Assembly (NCBI GenBank): GCA_963717505.1 | Contig: OY970342.1 | Coordinates: 3,904,001-3,968,000, forward strand | Length of the DNA stretch: 64,000 nucleotides | Direction of reading: 5' to 3' | Source of the DNA: Candidatus Eiseniibacteriota bacterium | GTDB lineage: Bacteria > Eisenbacteria > RBG-16-71-46 | In this document: positions 1 through 8,588 of the stretch, one piece after another | Numbering within the stretch: position 1 is the first letter of the stretch | How the letters are laid out: the number at the start of each line of letters is the position of its first letter | Notes under the pieces: model-generated | The model's database searches: none | What the model was told of the DNA's origin: nothing | Seen by the model: the letters and a program-made list of their open reading frames with translations, nothing else | Made by a program: the position numbers and the translations under genes

Positions 1-8
1 GGTGGTCT

Positions 9-1112
9 TCATCGCTCGTCCTCGGCGCGGCTCGCGGGTTCGTTGGGCACCGGGAACGCGACGCGCAGGGTGGCACCGCCCCCGGGGTTGTTGCGCACCG
101 TGACCCGACCGCCGGCTTCGCGCACGATCTGGACGGAGATCGGTAGCCCGAGCCCGGTGCCCATCGATCGGGTGGTGAAGAACGGGTCGAAGATCTTCTC
201 CATCAGCTCGCGCGGGATCCCGACTCCGGTGTCGCGAAACGACACGTCGGCCATCGATCGGCGGGTGCGGTAGCGCTTGAGCTCGGTGGCGATGTGCAGC
301 TCGCCGCCCTGCGGCATGGCCTGGATCGCGTTCAGACAAAGATTCAGGAACGCCTGCTGGACCAGATCCGGGTCGGCGTAGACCTCGGGCAGGTCGCCGG
401 CGTACTCGCGCACCAGCCGAACCTGGGCATCGCCGAGCTGGAGGTCGATCATGTCCAGCGTCTTGTCGAGCACCTGGTGCAGGTTGCACGGGCGCGGACG
501 CGCGGACGGCGGCTTCGCGAACATTAGGAGGCCGGTGATGATCTGCTCGATCCGGTCGAGTTCCTTGATGACGTCCTCGAGGTCCTCCCGGCGCGGGTCG
601 CGGCGCTTGAGCTTGGAACCGACGAACTGGACCGTGGTGCGAATCCCGGTCAGCGGGTTGCGGATCTCGTGCGCGACGTAGGCCGACAGCTCGCCGAGCG
701 AAACCAGCCGATCGATGTTCTTCTGGAACTCGCCGTCCTCGCTCTCCGAGATCGGGTCGGCGAGGATCACCGAGCCAATCGGGTCGCCTTCCTCGTCGCG
801 AATCGGAAAGGCCTCGGCCTTGAGGGTCAGCTCGCGGCCTTCGGTCTCATGGCGAAATTCCCGGGGCTCGCGGGACGCCCCCTTGAGCCACCGAGCGTCG
901 GCGCCGGGGAACAGGCGCGCGGCCGGAGCGCCCATCAGGCTGCCCTCTTCGGCGCCCAGCAACTCTTCGATCCGGCGATTGTGGAACACCACGCGGCGAT
1001 CGCGATCGAGCGCGACCACAGCCTGCTCGAGCGCGTCGAGGGCCTGAATCGGCCAAGTCGGCACCCGCACCGGTGTCTCGGGCTCGGGCGGGCGTACCGT
1101 GGCCTCGCGCAT
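9..1112 (-). CDS. PAS-domain sensor histidine kinase (NtrB/AtoS-like)
   Basis: H-box AHEIRNPL, N-box NLCLNAIQAM, G1 DTGVGI, F/G2 FDPFFTT..GTGLGL; N-terminal PAS-like segment; ATG at 1112 preceded by GGAGG. Confidence 0.92.
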   Translation of the reverse strand: MREATVRPPEPETPVRVPTWPIQALDALEQAVVALDRDRRVVFHNRRIEELLGAEEGSLMGAPAARLFPGADARWLKGASREPREFRHETEGRELTLKAEAFPIRDEEGDPIGSVILADPISESEDGEFQKNIDRLVSLGELSAYVAHEIRNPLTGIRTTVQFVGSKLKRRDPRREDLEDVIKELDRIEQIITGLLMFAKPPSARPRPCNLHQVLDKTLDMIDLQLGDAQVRLVREYAGDLPEVYADPDLVQQAFLNLCLNAIQAMPQGGELHIATELKRYRTRRSMADVSFRDTGVGIPRELMEKIFDPFFTTRSMGTGLGLPISVQIVREAGGRVTVRNNPGGGATLRVAFPVPNEPASRAEDER

Positions 1113-1196
1113 GGACGTGCATCCCTCCGCTGGATGACTGGGTCGCAGCGGCCTACGGGTAGCACACCGGGAGCACGACTGCCAGCGAAAAGCGGT

Positions 1197-1226
1197 TTGA
1201 GCCGCGCGCACTGACGCTGATAGACT
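1197..1226 (+). promoter_or_regulatory. Putative sigma70 promoter for the PpiD-like gene
   Basis: TTGAGC-N18-TAGACT with TGn extended -10. Confidence 0.45.
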
Positions 1227-1288
1227 GCGCGGTTCCTTATTGTCCCCCTCTTGACCCGATTGCGCGGACCCGGGCTCGCGCCCCCGCG

Positions 1289-3115
1289 TTGGAGATGCAG
1301 ATGCTTCGCTTCTTGCGGATGGGCAGCAAGCGCACGAAGACGATCTGGTGGATCATGATCGTCGTCACGGTCGTCACCTTCCTCGGTGGATTCGTCTTCC
1401 TGCTCGGCTCGGGGCTCGACTCGGGGTTCCAGGCCCAGGCGACCGGCGCGGTCGGCGTCGTGGATGGCGACCTGATCGGGCGCAACGAATACCAGAATGC
1501 CGTCGCCGAACAGCGCATGGCCCACCAGCGGACGTACGGCACCGATCCGCAGGACCAGGATTTGAAGAACGTCGAGGCGCAGGCCTGGCGGTCGCTGATC
1601 TATCAGCGGCTGCTGTCGCAGCGAGCTCGCGCACTCGGGCTCGGCGCCAGCGACGGGGAGGTCGTGTTCTCGCTCCGGGTTTCGCCGCCCCCCGCGCTCC
1701 AGTCCCAGCCGATGTTTCAGACCGACGGCCAGTTCGACTACACCAAGTACCAGGCGGCGCTCCAGGATCCCAACAACAACTGGGGCCCGTTCGAAGAGAT
1801 GACTCGGGAACAGATCCCGGTGCGCAAGCTCCAGGAACGCCTGCTGGCCTCGATCAAGGCCTCGGAGCCGGAGCTGCGCGACCAGTATCATGTCCAGTTC
1901 GATCGGCTCGACGCCACCGTCGTCCAGGTGCAGCCCGAGATGGGCGGCGAGGCGCGGAACGTGAGCGAGGCGGACATGGAGCGGGTGCTCGAGAAGTACC
2001 GGAATCGCTTCGTCGCCGCCGCCCACACCGAGCTGGAAGTCCTGACCGTGCCGAAGCCGATCGGCGAAGCCGAGATCGCCTCGGCGCGCGAATTGTCGCA
2101 ATCCCTGGCCGACCGGATCCGGGCCGGCGAGGATTTCAGTGATTTGGCTCGGGACTACTCCGAGGGCCCGGCCGCGGATCAGGGCGGGGTCATCGAACGC
2201 CCGTTTCAGCCCGGGGACTTCGACGGCGCACTCGGCGCCCGGTTCGCAGCGCTCGAGCCCGGCCAGATCATGGATCCCTTTCAGGACCAGACGCGTTACG
2301 TCATCGTTCGCCGACTCGAGTCGCGCGAGGGCGACCCTCCGGGCAGCATCCGATTGGCGCAGATCGTCATCCGGGTGCGTGCGAACGACGACGAGGTTCG
2401 TGCCCAGCACGAGCGTCTGACCCGGATTCGCAAGCACGCGGGCCGCATCGGTCTCGGTCGCGCAGCGACCGAAGAAGGCATGGCCACGTTCTCGACCGGC
2501 CCGTTCACCATCAACTCGCCGCCCAACGTCCTGCAGGGTGTGCCCGAAGCCGCCGACTGGGGCGTGAGTGCCAAGGTCCGCGAGATCAGCCCCCTGTTCG
2601 AAGGCCGCGACGAGTTCCTGATCGCCCAGGTGACCCGCCAGGTTCCGGCCGGACCGGCCCCGCGCGAAGAGATCGAGCCGGACCTGCGCCAAGTCGCGGA
2701 AATGGACCTGCGCCTGCAGGGGTCCAAGCCGAAGGTCGACGCGGTCGCGCAGGCGGTCGCCCAGGGCCAGACGCTCGAAGCCGCGGCCCGCGCCCAGGGC
2801 CTCGAGGTTCAGACCGTGCACAACCTGACCCGGACCGGATCGGAAACCGTGCTCGCGAATGCTCCGGAGGTGCGCGGAATGCTGTTCGGTTCCAAGCCCG
2901 GACAGGTCGTCGGCCCGTTTCAGGGTCTCGACGCGTGGTACCTGGTGCGAGTCGACGCGTTCACCGCGGCCGACACGTCGGCGTTCGGCCCATTGCGCGA
3001 ACAGGTGATGAACGACGTCGTGCAACGCCGGCAGAGAATGTTCCTGGCGTCGTACCTGAACGAGCTGCGGCTCGGGGCCAAGGTCAAGGACCTGCGCAGC
3101 ACCGGCGCCAACTAG
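1289..3115 (+). CDS. Peptidyl-prolyl isomerase, PpiD/SurA family (N-terminal TM, SurA_N, rotamase)
   Basis: TM helix near N-terminus, SurA_N-like helices, parvulin motif FSDLARDYSEGPAADQGG. Confidence 0.85.
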   Translation: MEMQMLRFLRMGSKRTKTIWWIMIVVTVVTFLGGFVFLLGSGLDSGFQAQATGAVGVVDGDLIGRNEYQNAVAEQRMAHQRTYGTDPQDQDLKNVEAQAWRSLIYQRLLSQRARALGLGASDGEVVFSLRVSPPPALQSQPMFQTDGQFDYTKYQAALQDPNNNWGPFEEMTREQIPVRKLQERLLASIKASEPELRDQYHVQFDRLDATVVQVQPEMGGEARNVSEADMERVLEKYRNRFVAAAHTELEVLTVPKPIGEAEIASARELSQSLADRIRAGEDFSDLARDYSEGPAADQGGVIERPFQPGDFDGALGARFAALEPGQIMDPFQDQTRYVIVRRLESREGDPPGSIRLAQIVIRVRANDDEVRAQHERLTRIRKHAGRIGLGRAATEEGMATFSTGPFTINSPPNVLQGVPEAADWGVSAKVREISPLFEGRDEFLIAQVTRQVPAGPAPREEIEPDLRQVAEMDLRLQGSKPKVDAVAQAVAQGQTLEAAARAQGLEVQTVHNLTRTGSETVLANAPEVRGMLFGSKPGQVVGPFQGLDAWYLVRVDAFTAADTSAFGPLREQVMNDVVQRRQRMFLASYLNELRLGAKVKDLRSTGAN

Positions 3116-3147
3116 TCGGAAGCCAACGCTTGCCGTGCGGGCGACGA

Positions 3148-3354
3148 CTAGCCGATCGGCTTGTTGTCGCCCGACTTCTTGTCGTCCGGCGACTCCTCGC
3201 GCGTGATCTCGTCACCGATCTCACGCTGCGCCTTCCGGAACTCCCGCAGCGCCTGGCCCATGCCCTTGGCCATCTTCGGGATCTGACTGGGCCCGAACAC
3301 CAGCAGAATGATCACGAACAGGACCAGGAGTTCCGTGCCACCGAGTCCAAACAC
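3148..3354 (-). CDS. tatA: Twin-arginine translocase TatA/E
   Basis: MFGLGGTELLVLFVIILLVFGPSQIPKMAKGMGQALREFRK. Confidence 0.93.
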   Translation of the reverse strand: MFGLGGTELLVLFVIILLVFGPSQIPKMAKGMGQALREFRKAQREIGDEITREESPDDKKSGDNKPIG

Positions 3355-3384
3355 ATTCCTCTCCCGCGGCCGCGGCCGCTCAGA

Positions 3385-3807
3385 TCAATCGAGGCGGAGT
3401 CGGCTGCGGTCGCTGCCGATCACCACCGTGACTTCCGCCAGATCGGATGTCCAGGACTGACGGATGACGGGCGGTCCCCCCAGGTAGCGGGCGACGGCCT
3501 GTGCCGAAGATACATCTTCCCGGCGGGCCACGACCATCGAGGCAAAGTAGTCGGAGCGGTCGGCGTTGCGCACGTCGGAGACGTGGTAGCCGCCTTCACG
3601 CAGGCGCGAGGCCACGCGCGCGGCGACCCCGGCCTCGCCCGAACCGTTGAGGACCTGCACCCGGACCACGCGATTCCCCGGGCCGTGCGTCACCTGCGAC
3701 GAGCGCGGCCGCACGCGCGCCCAGACCGCCGACAGCGCGAGCGCCACGACCACGATCCCGAGCACTCCCACGACCACACGGCCGACCGGACGATTAGCGG
3801 CGGCCAC
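3385..3807 (-). CDS. LytR C-terminal domain membrane protein
   Basis: TM helix followed by VQVLNGSGEAGVAA...VTVVIGSD; GTG start with GGAG upstream. Confidence 0.8.
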   Translation of the reverse strand: MAAANRPVGRVVVGVLGIVVVALALSAVWARVRPRSSQVTHGPGNRVVRVQVLNGSGEAGVAARVASRLREGGYHVSDVRNADRSDYFASMVVARREDVSSAQAVARYLGGPPVIRQSWTSDLAEVTVVIGSDRSRLRLD

Positions 3808-4375
3808 GCGCTGGCTTCTCCGGTGATCGCGCCGCTCGGCTGAGCCGTGCCCAGGTGCGGGCGAGCGACTCGGGCAGCACCTTGGTGCCGGCAACCACCG
3901 GCATGAAATTGGTGTCGCCGTCCCACCGCGGAACCAGGTGCAGGTGCAGATGCCCGGGAAAACCGGCGCCGGCCACCCGCCCCCGATTGGCGCCGTAGTT
4001 GACGCCGTCGGGCCGGTACTCGAGCGCCAGGATTCGCTCGGCGAGTGCCGTCAGCTCGATCAGGTCGGCGCGCTCGCCGGCCTCGAGTTCGCCAAATGCC
4101 GCCGCGTGACGGCGCACCGCGACCATCAGGTGCCCCGGGTTGTAGGGAAAACGGTTGAGCATGAGCAGCGCCTTCTCGCGGCGCGCGATCACCAGGTCCG
4201 CGCGATCGCTCCGGCGCGACGACACCAGGCAGAACAGACAAGCTTCCTGGGGCGGCTTGCGGGTCCGGGCCGACGACGACCCGCGGCGCGACGGCCGCGA
4301 TGCGCGCCCGATGTAGGCGGCCCGCCACGGCGCCCACAGCCGTTCGAGACCGCGGGGGTCAGCCCTGCGTGCCAC
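3794..4375 (-). CDS. HIT family hydrolase (Ap4A phosphorylase/hydrolase-like)
   Basis: LWAPWR, CLFC, LNRFPYNPGHLMV, HLHLHLVPRW; GTG start with GGAGG. Confidence 0.9.
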   Translation of the reverse strand: MARRADPRGLERLWAPWRAAYIGRASRPSRRGSSSARTRKPPQEACLFCLVSSRRSDRADLVIARREKALLMLNRFPYNPGHLMVAVRRHAAAFGELEAGERADLIELTALAERILALEYRPDGVNYGANRGRVAGAGFPGHLHLHLVPRWDGDTNFMPVVAGTKVLPESLARTWARLSRAARSPEKPARGRR

Positions 4376-5147
4376 GCTGGCCTCCGTTGTGACGCATCTG
4401 CTGGTAGACACGCTCGACTTCCTCGAGCTGGGCCGGGGTGTTGATGCCCATCAGCTCGCGGTAATCCGGAGCGCAGACCACCGCGACCCGCTGCCCGGCG
4501 GCACGGATCGACTCCATGGTGTCGGTGAGATAGTACTCGCCCTGATCGTTGTGGGCCGTCAGGCCAGCCAGAGCGCGGGCCAGGGCCGGGTAGTGAAACG
4601 CGTAGATTCCGGAATTGACCTCGGCGATCGCACGCTCCTTCTCGCCGGCGTCGCGATGTTCGACGATTCGCACCAGGGACTCGTCAGCGCCGCGCACGAT
4701 GCGCCCGTAGCCGGTCGGGTCGGGAAGGCGCATCGACAGCACCGTCGCCGAAGCGCCCGACCGGGCGTGGTGCTCGAGCAGCGCATGGAGCGTGCCCGCG
4801 CGCAACAAGGGCGTATCGCCGCAGACCACGAGCAGTGTCCCCTCGAAATCTTCGAGCAGCGGCGCGGCCATGAGCACGGCATGCCCGGTGCCGCGCTGCT
4901 CGGCCTGAATCACCCACTCGACGTCGCGCCCGGCGAACGTCGCCTGCACGCGGTCCCGCTGGTGGCCGATGACCACCATGGTCCGGCCGACGCCGAGGCG
5001 GTCGAGGCAGTCGAGCACGTGACCGAGCAGCGGCCGGCCCGCCATCGTGTGCAGCACCTTGGCCAGGTCGCTGTTCATGCGCGTGCCCTGGCCCGCGGCC
5101 AGCACCAGTGCCGTCACCCCAGGATGTCGGTTCAGGGCGGCCCCCAT
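4359..5147 (-). CDS. glmU: GlmU-like uridyltransferase, N-terminal domain only
   Basis: LAAGQGTRM..KVLH, GTGHAV, GDTPLL, EVNSGIY, EYYLTD; stops after GINT..LEE, no hexapeptide acetyltransferase domain. Confidence 0.85.
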   Translation of the reverse strand: MGAALNRHPGVTALVLAAGQGTRMNSDLAKVLHTMAGRPLLGHVLDCLDRLGVGRTMVVIGHQRDRVQATFAGRDVEWVIQAEQRGTGHAVLMAAPLLEDFEGTLLVVCGDTPLLRAGTLHALLEHHARSGASATVLSMRLPDPTGYGRIVRGADESLVRIVEHRDAGEKERAIAEVNSGIYAFHYPALARALAGLTAHNDQGEYYLTDTMESIRAAGQRVAVVCAPDYRELMGINTPAQLEEVERVYQQMRHNGGQRGTQG

Positions 5148-5980
5148 TCGAAGTTGTCGATCAGCCGGGTGCCTCCGATGCGGGCGGCCACCGCGACCAG
5201 CACCCGACCGCGCACGCGGCCGACCGGAGCCAGCGAGCGGGCATCGACGATCGCGACGTAGTCTTCGCGCACGCGCGGGTGGCGCTTCAACTCCGAGCGG
5301 ATCGCGCGCAGCAGGCGCGGCACCCCCCGTTCGCCGCCTCCGAGCGCGCGCTTCGCGGCCGCGAGGCCGCGGGACAACGCCACCGCCTGAGTGCGCTCGG
5401 CAGCACTCAAATACGCGTTGCGCGACGAACAAGCCAGGCCGTCGGCTTCGCGGCGGGTCGCGCCGCGTCGCACCCGCACCGGCAGCAGCAGATCGCGGAC
5501 CATGCGCTCGACCAGTATGGCCTGCTGCGCATCCTTCTGGCCGAGCCAGAGATCGTCGGGCTGGACGGCGCCGAGCAGTTTGGCGACCACCGTGGTCACG
5601 CCGGTGAAATGGCCGGGCCGCGACGCGCCCTCGAGGACCTGATCGAGCCCCTCGACCCGCACCCGCGTACGCTCATCCGGCGGGTAGAGATCGGCGACCT
5701 CGGGCAGCCACAGCAGGTCGACGCCCGCCGATCGCAGCAACGCCCGGTCCCGGGCGAGCGGGCGCGGATAGCGGGCGAAGTCTTCGCGCGGTCCGAACTG
5801 GAGCGGATTGACGAAGATGCTCGCCACCAGTCGCCGCGCCGAGGCGCGCGCGCGGCGCACCAGGCTCAGGTGCCCGGCGTGCAGCGCTCCCATGGTCGGA
5901 ACGAATGCGATCCGTTCGCCCCGGCGGCGCCATGGGGCCATGGCCCGGCGCAAGGCGCCAACCGATCGGACGACGCGCAT
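5132..5980 (-). CDS. panC: Pantoate--beta-alanine ligase
   Basis: FVPTMGALHAGHLSL, SIFVNPLQF, RPGHFTGV, GQKDAQQ, SSRN, RLIDN. Confidence 0.96.
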   Translation of the reverse strand: MRVVRSVGALRRAMAPWRRRGERIAFVPTMGALHAGHLSLVRRARASARRLVASIFVNPLQFGPREDFARYPRPLARDRALLRSAGVDLLWLPEVADLYPPDERTRVRVEGLDQVLEGASRPGHFTGVTTVVAKLLGAVQPDDLWLGQKDAQQAILVERMVRDLLLPVRVRRGATRREADGLACSSRNAYLSAAERTQAVALSRGLAAAKRALGGGERGVPRLLRAIRSELKRHPRVREDYVAIVDARSLAPVGRVRGRVLVAVAARIGGTRLIDNFEWGPP

Positions 5981-6042
5981 GGCGCCGCCGCGCACCGCGG
6001 GGCGCCCGCCCGTCCGTGGGCGCCGGCGTCCTCGCGCAGCGC

Positions 6043-6876
6043 TCAATACGACTCCCGCTCGCTCGGGAAGCGGCGCTGCCGGACGTCGTCGACGTAACGC
6101 TCGAACGCCTCGCGCATCACCTTCGCCAGCTCGGCGTAGCGGCGCACGAATTTCGGCGTGTGGCCGAGATAGAGGCCGAGCAGGTCGTGACTGACCAGCA
6201 CCTGGCCGTCGCACGCCGGGCCGGCGCCGATCCCGATGGTGGGCACCGTGAGCCCGCGACTGATCTCGCCGCCGAGGCGCGCCGGGATGCCCTCGAGCAC
6301 GATCGCGAAGCACCCGGCTTGCTCGAGCATCCGGGACTCGCGCAGGAGGCGTTCCTGGTCGCCTTCGCCCCGGCCCTGCACCTTGTAGCCGCCCATCGCC
6401 AGGACCGACTGCGGCGTCAATCCGAGATGGCCCATCACCGGAATCCCGATCTCGACGATGCGGCGCACAGCGTCGGCGACGCGCTCACCGCCCTCGAGTT
6501 TGACCGCGTCCGCGCCGCCCTCCTGGACCAGGCGACCGGCGTTCAACACCGCCTGCTCGACGCTGACCTGGTACGACATGAACGGCAGGTCGCCGACCAC
6601 CAGTGCCGCTGTCTTGGCTCGCGTCACCGCGCGCGTGTGATGCAGCATGTCCTCCATGGTCACAGGTAGCGTGCTGTCGTAGCCGAGGACCACGGTGCCC
6701 AGGCTGTCGCCGACCAGGATCACATCCATGCCGGCTTCGTCGGCGAGGCGCGCGGTCGGAAAGTCGTAGGCGGTGACCACCGCAATCGGCTCGCTCCGCC
6801 GCTTCATCGCGGCGAGCTCGGGAGCCCTGACCTTGGACCGCGGGGTGCGCGAGGCGCCCACGCCCGGTTCGCTCAT
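6043..6876 (-). CDS. panB: 3-methyl-2-oxobutanoate hydroxymethyltransferase
   Basis: TAYD, LVGDSLG, AVKLEGG, GHLGLTPQS, IGIGAG..DGQVLV. Confidence 0.97.
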   Translation of the reverse strand: MSEPGVGASRTPRSKVRAPELAAMKRRSEPIAVVTAYDFPTARLADEAGMDVILVGDSLGTVVLGYDSTLPVTMEDMLHHTRAVTRAKTAALVVGDLPFMSYQVSVEQAVLNAGRLVQEGGADAVKLEGGERVADAVRRIVEIGIPVMGHLGLTPQSVLAMGGYKVQGRGEGDQERLLRESRMLEQAGCFAIVLEGIPARLGGEISRGLTVPTIGIGAGPACDGQVLVSHDLLGLYLGHTPKFVRRYAELAKVMREAFERYVDDVRQRRFPSERESY

Positions 6877-6904
6877 GTCACTGCCTCCTGGGCGCCCTAC
6901 GGCG

Positions 6905-7555
6905 TCAGGTCGCCGCGCCCCGGTCGATGGGCGCGTAGTACGTGGTCCCGGCCCGGTGGGTCAGGATGCGATTCAGCAGGTCCTCGAAGTCGGCGGTGTT
7001 GTTCACGAAATCGATGCCGTTGGTGTTCACGACCAGCAGCGGCGCCTCGGTGAAGTGAAAGAAGAAGTGATTGTAGGCCTCGTTGAGCTGGCGAATGTAG
7101 TCGCGTTGCATGTCTCGCTCGAACGGCCGGCCCCGCCGGCCGATGCGCATCATGAGGGTGTCCGGGTTGGCCTGCAAATAGACCACGATATCGGGTTTCA
7201 TGACGTCGAGCTCGAGCCAGCCGACCAAACGCTCGTACAGCGCCAGCTCGCGCTCCGACAGGTTGAGTCCGGCGAAGATCCGATCCTTCTGGAACAGATA
7301 GTCGGAGATCATGCGCTCGCTGAACAGCTCCAGCTGGCGCAGCGAACGCTGTTGCTGGTATCGGCTAAACAGGAAATGCATCTGCGTCTGAAACGCGAAG
7401 CGCGCCCGGTCCTGGTAGAAGTCCTTGAGGAACGGATTCTCCTCGACTTCCTCGAGCACCAGTCGGGCCTGGAGTCGTTCGCTGAGCAGGCGCGCCAGGC
7501 TGGTCTTGCCGACCCCGATCACGCCCTCGACCACGACGTAGCGATTGTCGGGCAT
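6905..7555 (-). CDS. Deoxynucleoside kinase (dGK/dAK family)
   Basis: VEGVIGVGKTSL P-loop, NPFL.DFY, FLFSRYQQ, RGRPFE. Confidence 0.92.
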   Translation of the reverse strand: MPDNRYVVVEGVIGVGKTSLARLLSERLQARLVLEEVEENPFLKDFYQDRARFAFQTQMHFLFSRYQQQRSLRQLELFSERMISDYLFQKDRIFAGLNLSERELALYERLVGWLELDVMKPDIVVYLQANPDTLMMRIGRRGRPFERDMQRDYIRQLNEAYNHFFFHFTEAPLLVVNTNGIDFVNNTADFEDLLNRILTHRAGTTYYAPIDRGAAT

Positions 7556-7611
7556 CGGGGGTCAGCGAGTTCCGGATCGAGCCCAGGACATCGTGAGGCG
7601 CGCGGCCGGCG

Positions 7612-8109
7612 TCAGTTCCACAGCCGGTTGCCGCGCCGGACTGGTGGCCGCTCGCCGAGCCCGGACAGATGATGGAGCAGGGTCTGGCCGGTCACCGGAT
7701 GAATCAGCAGCGGCTCCAGCTCGACCAGCGGCACCAGCACGAACGATCGCCGGGTCAGCTCGGGGTGCGGGACTTTGAGGTCGGGCTCGTCGAGGATCAG
7801 CCGGTCGTAGAGCAGCAGGTCGAGATCGATCGTGCGCGGCCCCCACCGCTGATGGGGTCGCACGCGCCCCAGGCGCTTCTCGATCAGCAGCAGGTTCCAC
7901 AAGAGCTGCCGAGGCGTCAGCCCGGTCTCGATCAGGGCGACGGCATTCAGGAAGTTCGGCTGCTCGACCTCCCCGGCGGGTTCGCTGTCGTAGAGCGACG
8001 AAGCCCGCACCAGCTGGGTTGCGGGCAGGCGCGCCAGGTCGTCGAGCGCCATGCGGATCATGGTTTCGCGGTCGCCGAGGTTCGAGCCGAGGCCGACGAA
8101 GGCCTTCAT
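7612..8109 (-). CDS. folK: 6-hydroxymethyl-7,8-dihydropterin pyrophosphokinase
   Basis: GLGSNLGD, FLNAV, RWGPRTIDLDLL, PHP...RSFVLVPL. Confidence 0.95.
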   Translation of the reverse strand: MKAFVGLGSNLGDRETMIRMALDDLARLPATQLVRASSLYDSEPAGEVEQPNFLNAVALIETGLTPRQLLWNLLLIEKRLGRVRPHQRWGPRTIDLDLLLYDRLILDEPDLKVPHPELTRRSFVLVPLVELEPLLIHPVTGQTLLHHLSGLGERPPVRRGNRLWN

Positions 8110-8135
8110 CCGAATGCCGGCCTCGGGGGCGACGC

Positions 8136-8495
8136 TCATGCCCGTCGCTCGCGGACCACTTCGATCACGGCCCGGCCTCCGGTGGTCCAACCTAGGTTCT
8201 GCTTGGCGATTCGCACCAGCACGCGCCGCACGCGGAATTGCTCGAGTACGGTTTCGGCGACGCTGGCCCCGAGGGCTTCGAGCAAGTGAAAGCTCTTGCC
8301 CTCGACCACGTCCTTTACGGTTCGGTACAGGCGATCGTAGTCCACGGCATCGGCCAGCTTATCCGAGCGTTCGGCGGCGTCGTCAGCCGGGTCCAGCTCG
8401 ATGTCGACCTCGAGCCGCTGGCCGGCCTCTTTCTCATAGGGTCGGGCACCGTGATGTCCGAACACCGACAGCCCTTCCAGCCGGATCCTGGCCAA
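8136..8495 (-). CDS. folB: Dihydroneopterin aldolase
   Basis: FGHHGA..EKEAGQ, AVDY, LLEAL; TTG start at 8495 after GAGGAG; forms the 3' part of the 8136..10226 ORF call. Confidence 0.9.
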   Translation of the reverse strand: MARIRLEGLSVFGHHGARPYEKEAGQRLEVDIELDPADDAAERSDKLADAVDYDRLYRTVKDVVEGKSFHLLEALGASVAETVLEQFRVRRVLVRIAKQNLGWTTGGRAVIEVVRERRA

Positions 8496-8559
8496 CGCCC
8501 CTCCTCTGAAGACACGAAAGCGGACGGCCGAGGTCGGCCGACCGCCGATTGCCGGACGG

Positions 8560-8588
8560 AGGATAGGAAGGGGGTCCGGGTGGGTCAA
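8560..8588 (-). promoter_or_regulatory. Putative sigma70 promoter for folB-folK-dnk-panBC operon
   Basis: TTGACC-N17-TATCCT on the minus strand. Confidence 0.65.

Noticed and set aside
935-3025. 696-aa minus-strand ORF and similar long antisense ORFs elsewhere
   Set aside because: Antisense shadows typical of high-GC DNA; no motifs
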